Shown here piece after piece: positions 27,384-36,735 of a stretch of DNA of 64,000 nucleotides (the stretch's first letter is position 1; every line of letters begins with the position of its first letter). Source of the stretch: an uncultured bacterium (GTDB lineage: Bacteria; Krumholzibacteriota; Krumholzibacteriia; Krumholzibacteriales; Krumholzibacteriaceae); the NCBI GenBank assembly GCA_963813815.1, contig CAWFAD010000008.1, positions 64,001-128,000 on the forward strand, read 5' to 3'. A program made the position numbers and the translations under genes. Under the pieces are notes generated by a model, which saw only the letters and a list, made by a program, of their open reading frames with translations, was not told where the DNA came from and did no database searches.

Positions 27384-27974
27384 TTGAAGATCGCGAAGAC
27401 ACTCTCAATCGTCGTCGCCGGCGCCCTTCTCGGCGCGGCGCTTCCGGCGGTCGCGTTCACGCAGGCCCTGCAGAATCAGTACGTCGCCGATTTCGGCGTT
27501 GCCTTCACGCAGGCGACCGTCGAAAAGGCCCAGATGGGGCTCGCCGGAATCGACATCCAGGTCGGCAAGATGATCACGAACTCGCTCTCCGTCGGCGTCT
27601 CGACGGGATTCGACATCTGCTCCTTCCGGTCCGTCGAGTACCCGGGGGGGAGCTCCGTGTACGAGCGGCTCGGCGTCATCCCCGTCCTTCTCAAGACGCG
27701 CTACTATCTCACGGTCGCCCCCCTCATGCAGATCTACGCGTCCGTCGCGGGCGGGGCCTACCAGACCGTTCCGCATCTCAACACGACGCCCATCGGCGGC
27801 GTGTGGGAATCCGGCCTTCATCCGGGCGGCGCCGGCGCGGTCGGGTTCACGTACGATTTCCTCGGAACGCAGGGGATCGGCTTCGAGTTCGAGTACCACT
27901 TTTTCGACGTGGGCTCGGACGAGCTCTTCTCCTATTTCGCGGCGCGCATCAACTACACGTTCATCAAGATATAG
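27384..27974 (+). CDS. Small outer-membrane beta-barrel (OmpW/OmpA-TM-like)
   Basis: SD AGGAGG then TTG; signal peptide; IPVLL..RYY...Y...AGGAY and FEFEYH strands. Confidence 0.7.
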   Translation: MKIAKTLSIVVAGALLGAALPAVAFTQALQNQYVADFGVAFTQATVEKAQMGLAGIDIQVGKMITNSLSVGVSTGFDICSFRSVEYPGGSSVYERLGVIPVLLKTRYYLTVAPLMQIYASVAGGAYQTVPHLNTTPIGGVWESGLHPGGAGAVGFTYDFLGTQGIGFEFEYHFFDVGSDELFSYFAARINYTFIKI

Positions 27975-28001
27975 CGCCGCGCCGCAGGCCGAGCGGTCAC
28001 G

Positions 28002-28036
28002 TCCCCGCCCCCCCCCGAGGGGGGCGGGGATTTTTT
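28002..28036 (+). terminator. Rho-independent terminator
   Basis: TCCCCGCCCCC/GGGGGCGGGGA stem plus TTTTTT, between convergent genes. Confidence 0.85.
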
Positions 28037-28042
28037 GCGCCA

Positions 28043-29299
28043 TTAGGCCCGCCGGAGCCACTTCAGGATCTCGCGCACGTCGGGACGCTTTCCGTACATG
28101 AGAATGCCGATGCGGAATATCTTCGCGGCGAGAAGCCCCGAGCCGTAGATGCTCGCGACGAGGATCGCGACGCTGAGGGCGATCTGCCAGGCAGGCGGCA
28201 TCAGGATGTTGATCCGCATGAACATGAGGATCGGGGCGAAGAAGGGGATCATCGAGAAGATCGTGGCGAAGGATCCATCGGGATTCTGCATCACCGCCAT
28301 CGGGATCACGATGGTGAAGGCGAGGCACATCACGATCGGCGTCTGGAGCTGCTGCGCTTCCTGATCGCTGTTGCACACCGCGCCGACCGCCGCGAAGAGC
28401 GTCGCGTAGAAGAGAAAGCCGAGCAGATAGAAGAGCACGAAAAAGCCGAGGACCGCGGGGTTGAGGTTCACGACGCCGGCCAACGCCCCCGTGCTGAGGG
28501 CATAAGCGGACAGACCGAGCCCGCACACGGCCCAGATCGCGTACTGCGTGAGCCCGACGGCGCCGACGCCGACGATTTTCCCCGCCATGAGATCGAAGGC
28601 CTTGAGCGAGGAGAGGAGCACCTCGATCACGCGGTTGTTCTTTTCGTCGATGATGCTCCGCTGCACCGCCATGCCCCAGAGCAAAATCGTCATGTACAGC
28701 ATCATGATGAAGATGAAGGTCGTGATGTACGTCTTCTCGAACTCGTTCGCCTTCTCGGCCCCCTTCATCACCTGCACCGTTTCGATCTTCACGCGATCGA
28801 GCATCTCGCTCACCTGCGCGTAGTCGAGCCCCTGCGCCGAGAGGCGGCGGGCGACGATCGTCTCGTTGAGCCCGTTCTCGATCCGCTCGAGGGTGCGGAT
28901 GTTGCTCACCTTCTTGCCGAAGTAGGTCGCCTTTCCCGTTTCCATGACGTCAGAGGGAATGACGAGGTATCCCTCGATCGCCCCGGCCTCGACCTCGGCG
29001 CTGAGCCGCTTCCGAACGGCCTCGAGCTCGGCTCCGGACGCCGGCACGGATCTCAGCGAAAACATGCGGCCGCCCCCCGAGAGCGTGTCGTCGAGAGCCG
29101 CGTCGAACCGGTCGAAGAGCGACCCCGTGAGGTCGACCACGGCGAGGTCCACGCGGCCCTCCGGCGCGTGCTCGAAGAGAAGCCCGGGGATCACGATGGT
29201 GGCGCCCATGAGGAGAGGGCCGAGGATCGTGCCGATGAGGAACGAGCGCTTGCGCACGCGCTCGAGATATTCCCGTTTAGCGACTACCAGCAGCTTCAT
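28043..29299 (-). CDS. ABC-2 type transporter permease (NatB/YhaP-like)
   Basis: REYLERVR..SF, EKNNRVIEVLLSS, GKIVG, IFRIGILMYGKRP. Confidence 0.9.
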   Translation of the reverse strand: MKLLVVAKREYLERVRKRSFLIGTILGPLLMGATIVIPGLLFEHAPEGRVDLAVVDLTGSLFDRFDAALDDTLSGGGRMFSLRSVPASGAELEAVRKRLSAEVEAGAIEGYLVIPSDVMETGKATYFGKKVSNIRTLERIENGLNETIVARRLSAQGLDYAQVSEMLDRVKIETVQVMKGAEKANEFEKTYITTFIFIMMLYMTILLWGMAVQRSIIDEKNNRVIEVLLSSLKAFDLMAGKIVGVGAVGLTQYAIWAVCGLGLSAYALSTGALAGVVNLNPAVLGFFVLFYLLGFLFYATLFAAVGAVCNSDQEAQQLQTPIVMCLAFTIVIPMAVMQNPDGSFATIFSMIPFFAPILMFMRINILMPPAWQIALSVAILVASIYGSGLLAAKIFRIGILMYGKRPDVREILKWLRRA

Positions 29300-30203
29300 C
29301 GCCCGCCTCGCCCCCTTTCGCCGTGACCTGAGCTATGAAGATGTCGTGGAGCGACATCTCCCCCAGCTCGAACCGCTCGACGCGGCCGCCCTCGAGGGCA
29401 TGCCGGAGCATCGCGTTCGTATCGCTCCCCGAGCGCAGGGTTATCGAATACTCCTGGCCGAACGTCCGCACGAGCTCGACGCCCGGGTGGCGTTCGAGAT
29501 GCTCCCGGGACCCCGAGTAGCGCATCGCGATGACGTTCTTGCTGAACCGCATCTTGATGTCGGAGAGGCGTCCTTCGAGCACCGTGCGGCCCTTGTCGAT
29601 GAGACAGATCCGGTCGCAGAGCTTCTCGACCTGATCCATGAGATGCGTCGAGAGTATGACCGTGCGCCCCTCGCGCCGCATCTCCTCGATGATGTCCTGG
29701 AGGAGCTGCGTGTTGATGGGGTCGAGGCCGGAAAAGGGCTCGTCGAGAATGACGAGCTTCGGATCGTGCAGGACGGTCGAGATGAACTGCACCTTCTGCG
29801 CCATCCCCTTCGAGAGCGACTCGACCGTCTTGTCGGCCCAGCCGCCGAGCTCGACGCGCTCGAGCCATCGCCGGGCCCGCTCCGCGGCCGTCGCCGCGCG
29901 CACTCCCTTGATCTCGCCGAGAAAGACGAGATGCTCGAGCACCTTCATCTTGCGGTAGAGGCCCCGCTCCTCGGGGAGGTAGCCGATGCGGTCCTTGAGC
30001 CGCTCGCCCATGGGCTCGCCGAACACGCGCACCTCCCCCTCGTCGGGCTGTATGATGCCCATGATCATGCGTATCGTCGTCGTCTTCCCGGCGCCGTTCG
30101 GGCCGAGGAGCCCGAAGATGCCGCCGGGCTCGACCGCGAGCGACAGGGAATCGACGGCGGTCACGCCGTCGTACCGTTTCGTGATGTTGACGAGCTCGAG
30201 CAC
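29277..30203 (-). CDS. ABC transporter ATP-binding protein (YhaQ-like)
   Basis: GPNGAGKTT, GYLPEERGLY, LSKGMAQK, DEPFSGLDP. Confidence 0.93.
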   Translation of the reverse strand: MLELVNITKRYDGVTAVDSLSLAVEPGGIFGLLGPNGAGKTTTIRMIMGIIQPDEGEVRVFGEPMGERLKDRIGYLPEERGLYRKMKVLEHLVFLGEIKGVRAATAAERARRWLERVELGGWADKTVESLSKGMAQKVQFISTVLHDPKLVILDEPFSGLDPINTQLLQDIIEEMRREGRTVILSTHLMDQVEKLCDRICLIDKGRTVLEGRLSDIKMRFSKNVIAMRYSGSREHLERHPGVELVRTFGQEYSITLRSGSDTNAMLRHALEGGRVERFELGEMSLHDIFIAQVTAKGGEAGDEAAGSR

Positions 30204-30215
30204 GCCCGTTCCTCC

Positions 30216-30821
30216 TTACGCCCAGCGGGACAGCAGATACTTCATTTCGACGAACGCCCGGTAGCGGTGGCTCACGGCGTTCTTCTCGGCCGGAGTCATC
30301 TCGGCGACGGTGCGGCCCGTCTCGGGCACGAGAAAAACGGGGTCGTACCCGAAGCCGCTCTCTCCCTTCGGCTCCCGCGCGATGCGGCCGTAGAGAAATC
30401 CCTCGGTCCAGAGCGCGCGGTCGCGGGCGAAGGGCGCCGGATAGAGAACGGCGACGCAGTGAAACCGCGCGCCGCGCCGCTCGTCGCTCACGCCAATGAG
30501 CTCGCCGAGGAGCCTTCGCCAGCGGTCCGCGTCGCCGATCCCGGGCCCCCCGTAGCGGGCCGAGCGGACGCCCGGAGCGCCGCCGAGCGCGTCCACCTCG
30601 ATCCCCGAATCGTCCGCGAGCGCGGGATACCCCGTCGCCGCGTGCACCGCCTTCGCCTTGGCGAGGGCGTTCGCGAGAAACGTCTCTCCGTCCTCGGCGG
30701 GCTCGGGGAAAGGCGGCGCGTCGCTCGCGTCGAGGAGCGCGGCGCCGAAGCCGGAGAGGATCTCCCGGATTTCGAGGATCTTGCCGGCGTTCCGCGTCGC
30801 GAGCATGATGTTCCCGATCAC
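30216..30821 (-). CDS. rdgB: dITP/XTP pyrophosphatase (HAM1 family)
   Basis: ATRNAGK..E, ADDSG, PGVRSARY, GFGYDPVF, KNAVSHR; GTGA overlap with murI. Confidence 0.95.
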   Translation of the reverse strand: MIGNIMLATRNAGKILEIREILSGFGAALLDASDAPPFPEPAEDGETFLANALAKAKAVHAATGYPALADDSGIEVDALGGAPGVRSARYGGPGIGDADRWRRLLGELIGVSDERRGARFHCVAVLYPAPFARDRALWTEGFLYGRIAREPKGESGFGYDPVFLVPETGRTVAEMTPAEKNAVSHRYRAFVEMKYLLSRWA

Positions 30822-31678
30822 TCGCCGCTCCCGTTCACGAGAACCGCCTCGAGATCGATCCGCTCGACGCGCTCCATCGGGCGCCGCAGGAAACGCTCGC
30901 CGACCTCCTGAAAGAGGTAGGGAATGTCCGTCACGTAGACCGTGATCCGGCCGGGGCGGGCGGCGTCGCTCCGGAGGCCCTTCGCTTCGAGCACGCGCTC
31001 CACCTCGACCGCGGTCTCGAACGCCGAGTCCACGAGCGCCACGCCGTCCCCGACGGCGCGGGAGATGACGCCCTTGATGACCGGATAGTGCGTGCAGCCG
31101 AGAACGAGCGCGTCGGCGCCGAACTCCCTCATCGGGTCGAGGTATCGCTTGGCCGTGAGATGGGTGATGTCGTCGTCGAGCCATCCCTCCTCGACGAGCG
31201 GCACGAAGAGGGGGCACGGCCGCGACCATATCTTGATGCCGCGGTCGATCCGGTAGAGCTCGTCCTCGTATCCTCCCGAACGGATCGTCGCGGTGGTGCC
31301 GATGACGCCGACGCGCCGGCTCTTCGTGGCCCGCGCGGCGGCCCGGGCTCCCGGCACGAGCACGCCGACGAGCGGCATCTCCTCCTCTTCGAGGAGGCGC
31401 GGAAGGGCGTTCGAGGAAGCGGTGTTGCAGGCGATCACGATCATCTTCACGTTCTTGCGCTTGAGAAACGCGAGGTTTTCCCGCGAGAAGCGGAGCACCG
31501 TTTCGGGGCTCTTCGAGCCGTAGGGGAGGCGCGCCGTATCGCCGAGATAGACGATATCCTCGTTCGGCAGGCGCATGAGCAGCTCGTGAACGACGGTGAG
31601 ACCGCCGATTCCGGAATCGAACACGCCGATCGCTTTGCGTTTCCCGTCGTCCGCGCGGGAAGCCCCCGTTCCGTTCAT
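30818..31678 (-). CDS. murI: Glutamate racemase
   Basis: FDSGIGGLTV, PYGSKS, ACNTAS, LGCTHYP. Confidence 0.97.
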   Translation of the reverse strand: MNGTGASRADDGKRKAIGVFDSGIGGLTVVHELLMRLPNEDIVYLGDTARLPYGSKSPETVLRFSRENLAFLKRKNVKMIVIACNTASSNALPRLLEEEEMPLVGVLVPGARAAARATKSRRVGVIGTTATIRSGGYEDELYRIDRGIKIWSRPCPLFVPLVEEGWLDDDITHLTAKRYLDPMREFGADALVLGCTHYPVIKGVISRAVGDGVALVDSAFETAVEVERVLEAKGLRSDAARPGRITVYVTDIPYLFQEVGERFLRRPMERVERIDLEAVLVNGSGE

Positions 31679-31679
31679 C

Positions 31680-32240
31680 CTACCGCCATTTCTTTACGTC
31701 GATCGGCTTGTCGATCGCGTAGTGCCCCGCGAGCGACTCCACGGTCTCGCCCTCGACGAGGATCTGAACCTTCGCCACCTGCGGAAAGTTGGCCGAGATC
31801 GTCTTGATGATCGAGCCGAGGGTGAAATACTCCCCCGTGCTCCCCCCCGGATGGTTGTCCGCGAAGGCGCGGTTGAAATCGAGCAGCAGCGTCTGCGTGT
31901 CCTCGACCCAGAACACCTGACGAAGATCCGATCCCTCCGGCATCGTGCCCACCTTGCCGGAGCCGGTCGAGCCCGCGACGAGCGCGCCGACGACCGCCTT
32001 GACCTCGTCCTCGAGGCTCCGCCCCGCGGGGACCTCGCGCGTCTCGGTCGCGAACCCGTCCCCCCCCGATCGGCCGAAGTAGAGCGTCGCGCTGCGGGTC
32101 TCGCCGGACACCTTCTCGGCGTCGGCCGGCGGGCGTTCGCGCCCCGGACGGAGCCGGGGCACGAGATACACGACGGCGACGCCCGCGGCGAGCGCCACGA
32201 GCGCGATCATGATCTTGCGTCCGATGTTCGTACCGATCAC
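31680..32240 (-). CDS. GerMN domain protein
   Basis: N-terminal TM; LYF, LLDF, HPGGS..E, VQILVEG....LAGH; between the amidase and murI. Confidence 0.85.
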   Translation of the reverse strand: MIGTNIGRKIMIALVALAAGVAVVYLVPRLRPGRERPPADAEKVSGETRSATLYFGRSGGDGFATETREVPAGRSLEDEVKAVVGALVAGSTGSGKVGTMPEGSDLRQVFWVEDTQTLLLDFNRAFADNHPGGSTGEYFTLGSIIKTISANFPQVAKVQILVEGETVESLAGHYAIDKPIDVKKWR

Positions 32241-33850
32241 CCTTTCGGGACCGCGTACCTGCTCTGGAACGTGCGCACCGCTCCGACGATCGCCTCGGCG
32301 ACGCGGTCGCGGAAGGCCGCGCTCTGAAGCAGCCGCTCCTCTTTCGCATTCGAGAGGAAACCGGTTTCGATGAGAACGCCCGGCATCGCGAGCCCCCGCA
32401 GCACGTAGAGCCCCGCCTGCTTGACGCCGCGGTTGCGGATATCGAGCGACTTCGCCATCTCGCGCTGGATCAGCTCGGCGAGATCGCTGCTTTCGTTGAT
32501 GTACTCGTTCTGGACCATGTCCCAGAGGATGAAATCGATGTCCGTGTCGCTCGCCTCGGGCCGGGCCGCCGACGCGCCCGCGGGGGCGTTCTCCTCGCGG
32601 GCGAGCCGCTCCTCGTCGGCCGTCCGCGGCGGAGCGAGGAAAAACACCTCGAACCCCTGCGCGTCGGAGGTGAACCAGCCGTTGCAGTGAATGCTGATGA
32701 AGATCTGCGCTCCCGCCGTGTTGGCCGTCTCGACGCGATCCTCGAAGGAGACGTCGACATCCTCGGCGCGCGTCATGACGACGTCGACGCCGAGCTCCTG
32801 CATGAGCCGGTCGCGAAGCGTGAGCGCGATCGCGAGGTTGACGTCTTTTTCCATGAAACCGGAAGGGCTCACCCGTCCGGCGTTCGCGCCGCCGTGTCCG
32901 GGATCGATGGCGATCGTGCGCACCGGATCGATGATGGCCCGGCGCGCCCCCTCCTCCAGCATCTCGATCATCTTCCTCCCGGCGAATTCCGCCGGGGGTA
33001 TATCGGGAAGCGGTCCGCGCTCGAGAAAGAGCACGAGTCGCCGCGAGGCGCCGTCGCGCTCCCCGGTCCCCGCCGCCTCGAACTCCACCTTGTAGCGCTT
33101 CACGGTCTTCTTGACGTCGAAATAGAGGTAGGTGTCGTGCTCCATCTGTTCGGCGCGCACGCGATTGAGAAGGCCCTTTCCGTCCGGAATCGCGAACTGC
33201 GCCGGATCGAGCCTGCCGCCGTATATCTTGAGGCGGAGTATCCCCGGCGTTTCGCTGTCGATGTGGTAGAGCAGCTCCTCGGTGAGCGTGAGCGCGGCGC
33301 GGGTCCCCTCGCGGCCGTCGGAGATCTCGATGCCCGTCACGTTGTATTCGGGGACGCCGATCGAGAGCAGCAGCCGCTGCCGGTCGAGCGAGATCTTGAG
33401 AGCCGAGCGCGGCGCGAGAATGTCCGTGATGAACTCGAGCGGGACCATGACGGCGCCGTCCTCGTACCGGACCGGAACGCGCATGAGCACCGGCGTCTCG
33501 TCCACGAGGACCGCTCGGGTGTCGAGCGTGAAGAGATACCGGCGGCTGCCGATCCGCATCACGAGCTTCCGGTTGCCGGGGTTCCAGAACTTCGTCGCCT
33601 TGAAGATGCGCGCGAGATCGAACGCGGATATGAAGAGCTCGTCGCTCTCCCGCTCGAGCTCGGCGAGCGCCACGTCCTCGGTCGGCCGGCCGTCGCTGTA
33701 GACGACGCCGAGGCTCTCCGACGACGCCGCCGATACGGCGCCGCCCCGCGCGGCGAGTACCGCGGCCGCGGCGAGAAACAGAAGCGCCATGCCGACCTTC
33801 CGCCTCATGATCCCTCGCGGGGCGCCGCCCGGGGACGGGCGCCCGCTCAT
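32237..33850 (-). CDS. N-acetylmuramoyl-L-alanine amidase (Amidase_3)
   Basis: IDPGHGG, EKDVNL, FISIHCN, VLIETGFLSN; start may be 33850 or 33808. Confidence 0.92.
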   Translation of the reverse strand: MSGRPSPGGAPRGIMRRKVGMALLFLAAAAVLAARGGAVSAASSESLGVVYSDGRPTEDVALAELERESDELFISAFDLARIFKATKFWNPGNRKLVMRIGSRRYLFTLDTRAVLVDETPVLMRVPVRYEDGAVMVPLEFITDILAPRSALKISLDRQRLLLSIGVPEYNVTGIEISDGREGTRAALTLTEELLYHIDSETPGILRLKIYGGRLDPAQFAIPDGKGLLNRVRAEQMEHDTYLYFDVKKTVKRYKVEFEAAGTGERDGASRRLVLFLERGPLPDIPPAEFAGRKMIEMLEEGARRAIIDPVRTIAIDPGHGGANAGRVSPSGFMEKDVNLAIALTLRDRLMQELGVDVVMTRAEDVDVSFEDRVETANTAGAQIFISIHCNGWFTSDAQGFEVFFLAPPRTADEERLAREENAPAGASAARPEASDTDIDFILWDMVQNEYINESSDLAELIQREMAKSLDIRNRGVKQAGLYVLRGLAMPGVLIETGFLSNAKEERLLQSAAFRDRVAEAIVGAVRTFQSRYAVPKG

Positions 33851-34305
33851 TTCCTCCGTTCCCGTTCCTTGATTTCCCGCTGCATGTCGCGGTCGGCCTC
33901 GCGTTCGGCGATCGCGCGGCGCTTGTCGATGTCCTTCTTGCCGCGGGCGAGCCCGAGCTCGACCTTCACCTTGCCGGCATCGTTGAAATAGAGCCGCAGC
34001 GGCACGACGGTGAACCCCTTTTCCTGCAACTTTCCGTACAGCCGCTGGATTTCCTTTTCGTGCACGAGCAGCTTGCGCGTGCGCGTCGGCTCGTGATTGA
34101 AACGGTTGCCCTTCGAGTAGACGCTGATGTGCGCGTGGTGGAGCCACAGCTCGCCGGCCTCGATGGCCGCGTACGAGTCCTTGAGGTGAGCCGCGTTCTC
34201 GCGGAGCGATTTCACCTCGGTCCCCACGAGCGCGATGCCCGCCTCCATCGTCTCGACGATGTTGTAGTCGTGGCGGGCCTTTCTATTCGTGCAGATGACT
34301 TTCAT
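33847..34305 (-). CDS. smpB: SsrA-binding protein
   Basis: NRKARHDY, EAGIALVGTEVKSLR, RKLL, GKK..DKR. Confidence 0.97.
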   Translation of the reverse strand: MKVICTNRKARHDYNIVETMEAGIALVGTEVKSLRENAAHLKDSYAAIEAGELWLHHAHISVYSKGNRFNHEPTRTRKLLVHEKEIQRLYGKLQEKGFTVVPLRLYFNDAGKVKVELGLARGKKDIDKRRAIAEREADRDMQREIKERERRK

Positions 34306-34535
34306 GGCGGCGCGCCGCGAGGGCGCATTCAACCTTTGCCGGGGCCGTGCGCGCGCGTAGCGCGAGCGCATTTCCCGGCTCGATTCACGCGTAACCTATC
34401 AGGAAGGCATCGGGCGCGCAAGCAAATTTGCCCCTTCCGGCGAAGGCTATCCCGATGGGCGCGCGTCAGTTTCGCTCTTGAACCGGAGCCGCCGATGTAC
34501 TATCTATGCGATATGCGCAATCACGGGAGCGACCT

Positions 34536-35159
34536 ATGACGAACGACGCGGCGCCATCCGGCGCGGGCGGCGCGAAGCCGAAGAGCACCTACCTTCCCCG
34601 CCTCATGCCCGTCGGCGCGGCCATCATACTGCTCATGATCCTCGTTCCCATGCTGCGGGAAGGACGGCGGAAGCCGTTCTCCCCGGCGGCCGTCGAGCCG
34701 CCGCTCGCGATGTCGCTGTACTCCACGGGGCATGCCCGGCTCGACTCGCTCGCGAACGAAGGGCTCCGGCACTTCGGGAGGCGCGAGTACGAGCGCGCAG
34801 CTCGATTCCTCGCCGAGGCGCATTTTCACTGGAACGTGAGGGTTCGCGAGGGCGTCGCGGAGCGGTACCCGGAGGACCTGCGGTTCTACCTCGGGCTCGC
34901 GCATTTCTATCGGGGCCGCCCGGAGCAGGGCGCGCCGCTCATCGAGGAAGAAGAGCTGGGCAATCCCTTCGGGGGAAAATACCCGTGGTTCCTCGCGAAC
35001 GTCTATTTCGCCCTCGGGCGGAAGGACGCGGGGAGGGCGAAGCTCGAACGCGCGGCGGCGCTCGGAGAGGCCTACGCCCCCGAGGCCCGAGCGGCGCTCG
35101 AGGCCCTCGGCGGCGTAACTCCAAGCGGCTCAAACGAGAAGGTCCCGCCCTCGCCTTGA
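34536..35159 (+). CDS. Membrane-anchored TPR-like protein
   Basis: TM helix followed by helical repeats (FYLGLAHF, WFLANVYFALG). Confidence 0.65.
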   Translation: MTNDAAPSGAGGAKPKSTYLPRLMPVGAAIILLMILVPMLREGRRKPFSPAAVEPPLAMSLYSTGHARLDSLANEGLRHFGRREYERAARFLAEAHFHWNVRVREGVAERYPEDLRFYLGLAHFYRGRPEQGAPLIEEEELGNPFGGKYPWFLANVYFALGRKDAGRAKLERAAALGEAYAPEARAALEALGGVTPSGSNEKVPPSP

Positions 35160-35184
35160 CAAGGCGGAGCGTTTCCGTTATCCT
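35156..35184 (+). promoter_or_regulatory. sigma70 promoter of tRNA-Leu
   Basis: TTGACA-17 bp-TATCCT. Confidence 0.65.
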
Positions 35185-35210
35185 TTCGCTTTGCAGAGCG
35201 CGGTATCTAT

Positions 35211-35293
35211 GCCTGAGTGGTGGAACTGGTAGACGCGCTGCGTTCAGGGCGCAGTGGGGATTCCCCGTGGGGGTTCAAATCCCCCCTCAGGCA
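35211..35293 (+). tRNA. tRNA-Leu(CAG)
   Basis: GCCTGAG/CTCAGGC acceptor stem; anticodon arm CTGCG-TTCAGGG-CGCAG; long variable arm; GGTTCAAATCC; CCA not encoded. Confidence 0.96.
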
Positions 35294-35322
35294 TTTTCAT
35301 TTTCCGTAACCGGAGGGGGGCT

Positions 35323-35721
35323 ATGGAAATTACCGTTCGTTTTCCCGGCAACAAGAAGGTGGACGCCGAGCTTCGAGGCTTCACGATCATGACCGATCAG
35401 CCGAAGGCGGCCGGAGGGGACGACTCGGCGCCGACGCCGTTCGAGCACTTTCTCTCGTCCATCGCCACCTGCAGCGGCATCTACGTCCTCGATTTCTGCC
35501 GCAACCGCGGCATCCCGCTCGACAACGTGCGGCTCGTGGAGAAGATCGCGCGACACCCGGAGACTCACATGGTCACGGACATCACGGTCTCGATCGAGCT
35601 TCCCCCCGATTTTCCCGACAAGTACCGCGACTCGCTCATCCGCGCGGTGGATCTCTGCACGGTGAAGAAGCACATCATGAATCCTCCCCGCTTCGAGATC
35701 GAAGCGGTGAGGGCGAAGTAG
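35323..35721 (+). CDS. OsmC family protein
   Basis: TDQP...GG..SAPTPFE.FL.S...C; second Cys in DLCTVKK. Confidence 0.88.
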   Translation: MEITVRFPGNKKVDAELRGFTIMTDQPKAAGGDDSAPTPFEHFLSSIATCSGIYVLDFCRNRGIPLDNVRLVEKIARHPETHMVTDITVSIELPPDFPDKYRDSLIRAVDLCTVKKHIMNPPRFEIEAVRAK

Positions 35722-35739
35722 CGGCGGCGCGCGACATCC

Positions 35740-36615
35740 GTGGCCGAATCGATATTCATAACGGGAGCGGCCGGCAAAACCGGCCGCTCGCTGCTCGCCC
35801 TTCTCGCGCGCGACCCGGAGCTCTCCTCCTCGCGGATCACCTGCCTCTCCCGGCCCGGCGGCCGCTGCGAAGCGCTTCTCCCCTACGGCGTGCGCATCGC
35901 CGGCGGAGACGCATCGAAGGGGCAAAGCCTCGCCGCGGTGTACGGCGGAGAGGAGATCGTCATCCACCTTTCATCGATATTTCACGCCGGGGCGGTGCTC
36001 GAGGGCTGCCGCGGCATGAAGCGGCTCGTCGCGGTGAGCTCGACGCGGATCTTCTCGCCGTCGTGGAAGCGCGCGAGGGAGATCGAGGCGGCCGAGCGGG
36101 CGATCGCGGAGTCCGGCGTGCCGTTCACGATCCTTCGCCCGACCATGATCTACGGGACGGCGGATGACCGGAACGTCTCGCAGCTCATCCGCCTCGTCGA
36201 GAAATGGCCCCTCCTGTTCCTCCCCGGGGGCGGCGGATCGATCTTTCAACCGGTGCACGTGGAGGATCTCGCCTCCTGCATCCTCGCCGCGATGAGATCT
36301 CCGGCGAGCCTCGGCAAAACATACGACGTCCCCGGCGGAAGCGCCCATTCCCTGCGGGAGATCGTGGAGATGATCGCCGGCGGGCTCGGGAAGAGGGTCT
36401 CGATCGTTCCCGTGCCGCTCCCCGTCGCGGAAGCCGGCGCCTCGCTCCTCCGCTTGGCCGGAGGCCGCTGGGCCCGGAGCGCCGAGCAGGTCCGGCGGCT
36501 TCGCGAGGGCAGGCCGTTCGATTACGCGGACGCGGCGCGGGATCTCTCCTACTCGCCGAGGACCTTTTCGGAAGGCCTCGCGCCGCAGATACGCTCGATG
36601 TCCGCGCCCCGCTGA
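35740..36615 (+). CDS. NAD-dependent epimerase/dehydratase (atypical SDR)
   Basis: ITGAAGKTG, TILRPTMIYG, QPVHVEDLA. Confidence 0.85.
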   Translation: MAESIFITGAAGKTGRSLLALLARDPELSSSRITCLSRPGGRCEALLPYGVRIAGGDASKGQSLAAVYGGEEIVIHLSSIFHAGAVLEGCRGMKRLVAVSSTRIFSPSWKRAREIEAAERAIAESGVPFTILRPTMIYGTADDRNVSQLIRLVEKWPLLFLPGGGGSIFQPVHVEDLASCILAAMRSPASLGKTYDVPGGSAHSLREIVEMIAGGLGKRVSIVPVPLPVAEAGASLLRLAGGRWARSAEQVRRLREGRPFDYADAARDLSYSPRTFSEGLAPQIRSMSAPR

Positions 36616-36618
36616 TTC

Positions 36619-36680
36619 CGCGGCCCGGCGAACGCTTTTCCAGTTGATCGCGCGGCCCGGTGAACGCCTTTCCAAATGAT
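36619..36680 (+). repeat. Tandem imperfect 30-bp direct repeat (32-bp period)
   Basis: CGCGGCCCGGcGAACGCtTTTCCAgtTGAT / CGCGGCCCGGtGAACGCcTTTCCAaaTGAT. Confidence 0.8.
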
Positions 36681-36735
36681 TATTCGGCCCCGTTGTGATA
36701 CAATTTATCCGTTCGCTTTTCACAGGGGGGTCGCC

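Noticed and set aside
34397..34408. 12-mer TATCAGGAAGGC shared with 61568-61579, both intergenic
   Set aside because: A single short match upstream of unrelated genes; chance cannot be excluded.
34306..34535. tmRNA next to smpB
   Set aside because: The spacer is only about 230 nt and lacks tRNA-like ends and a tag reading frame.
25246..35293. tRNA-Pro and tRNA-Leu as island integration sites
   Set aside because: No integrase, no duplicated tRNA 3' end, and housekeeping genes on the flanks.
36619..36680. Mini-CRISPR
   Set aside because: Only two units, a 2-bp spacer and no cas genes.
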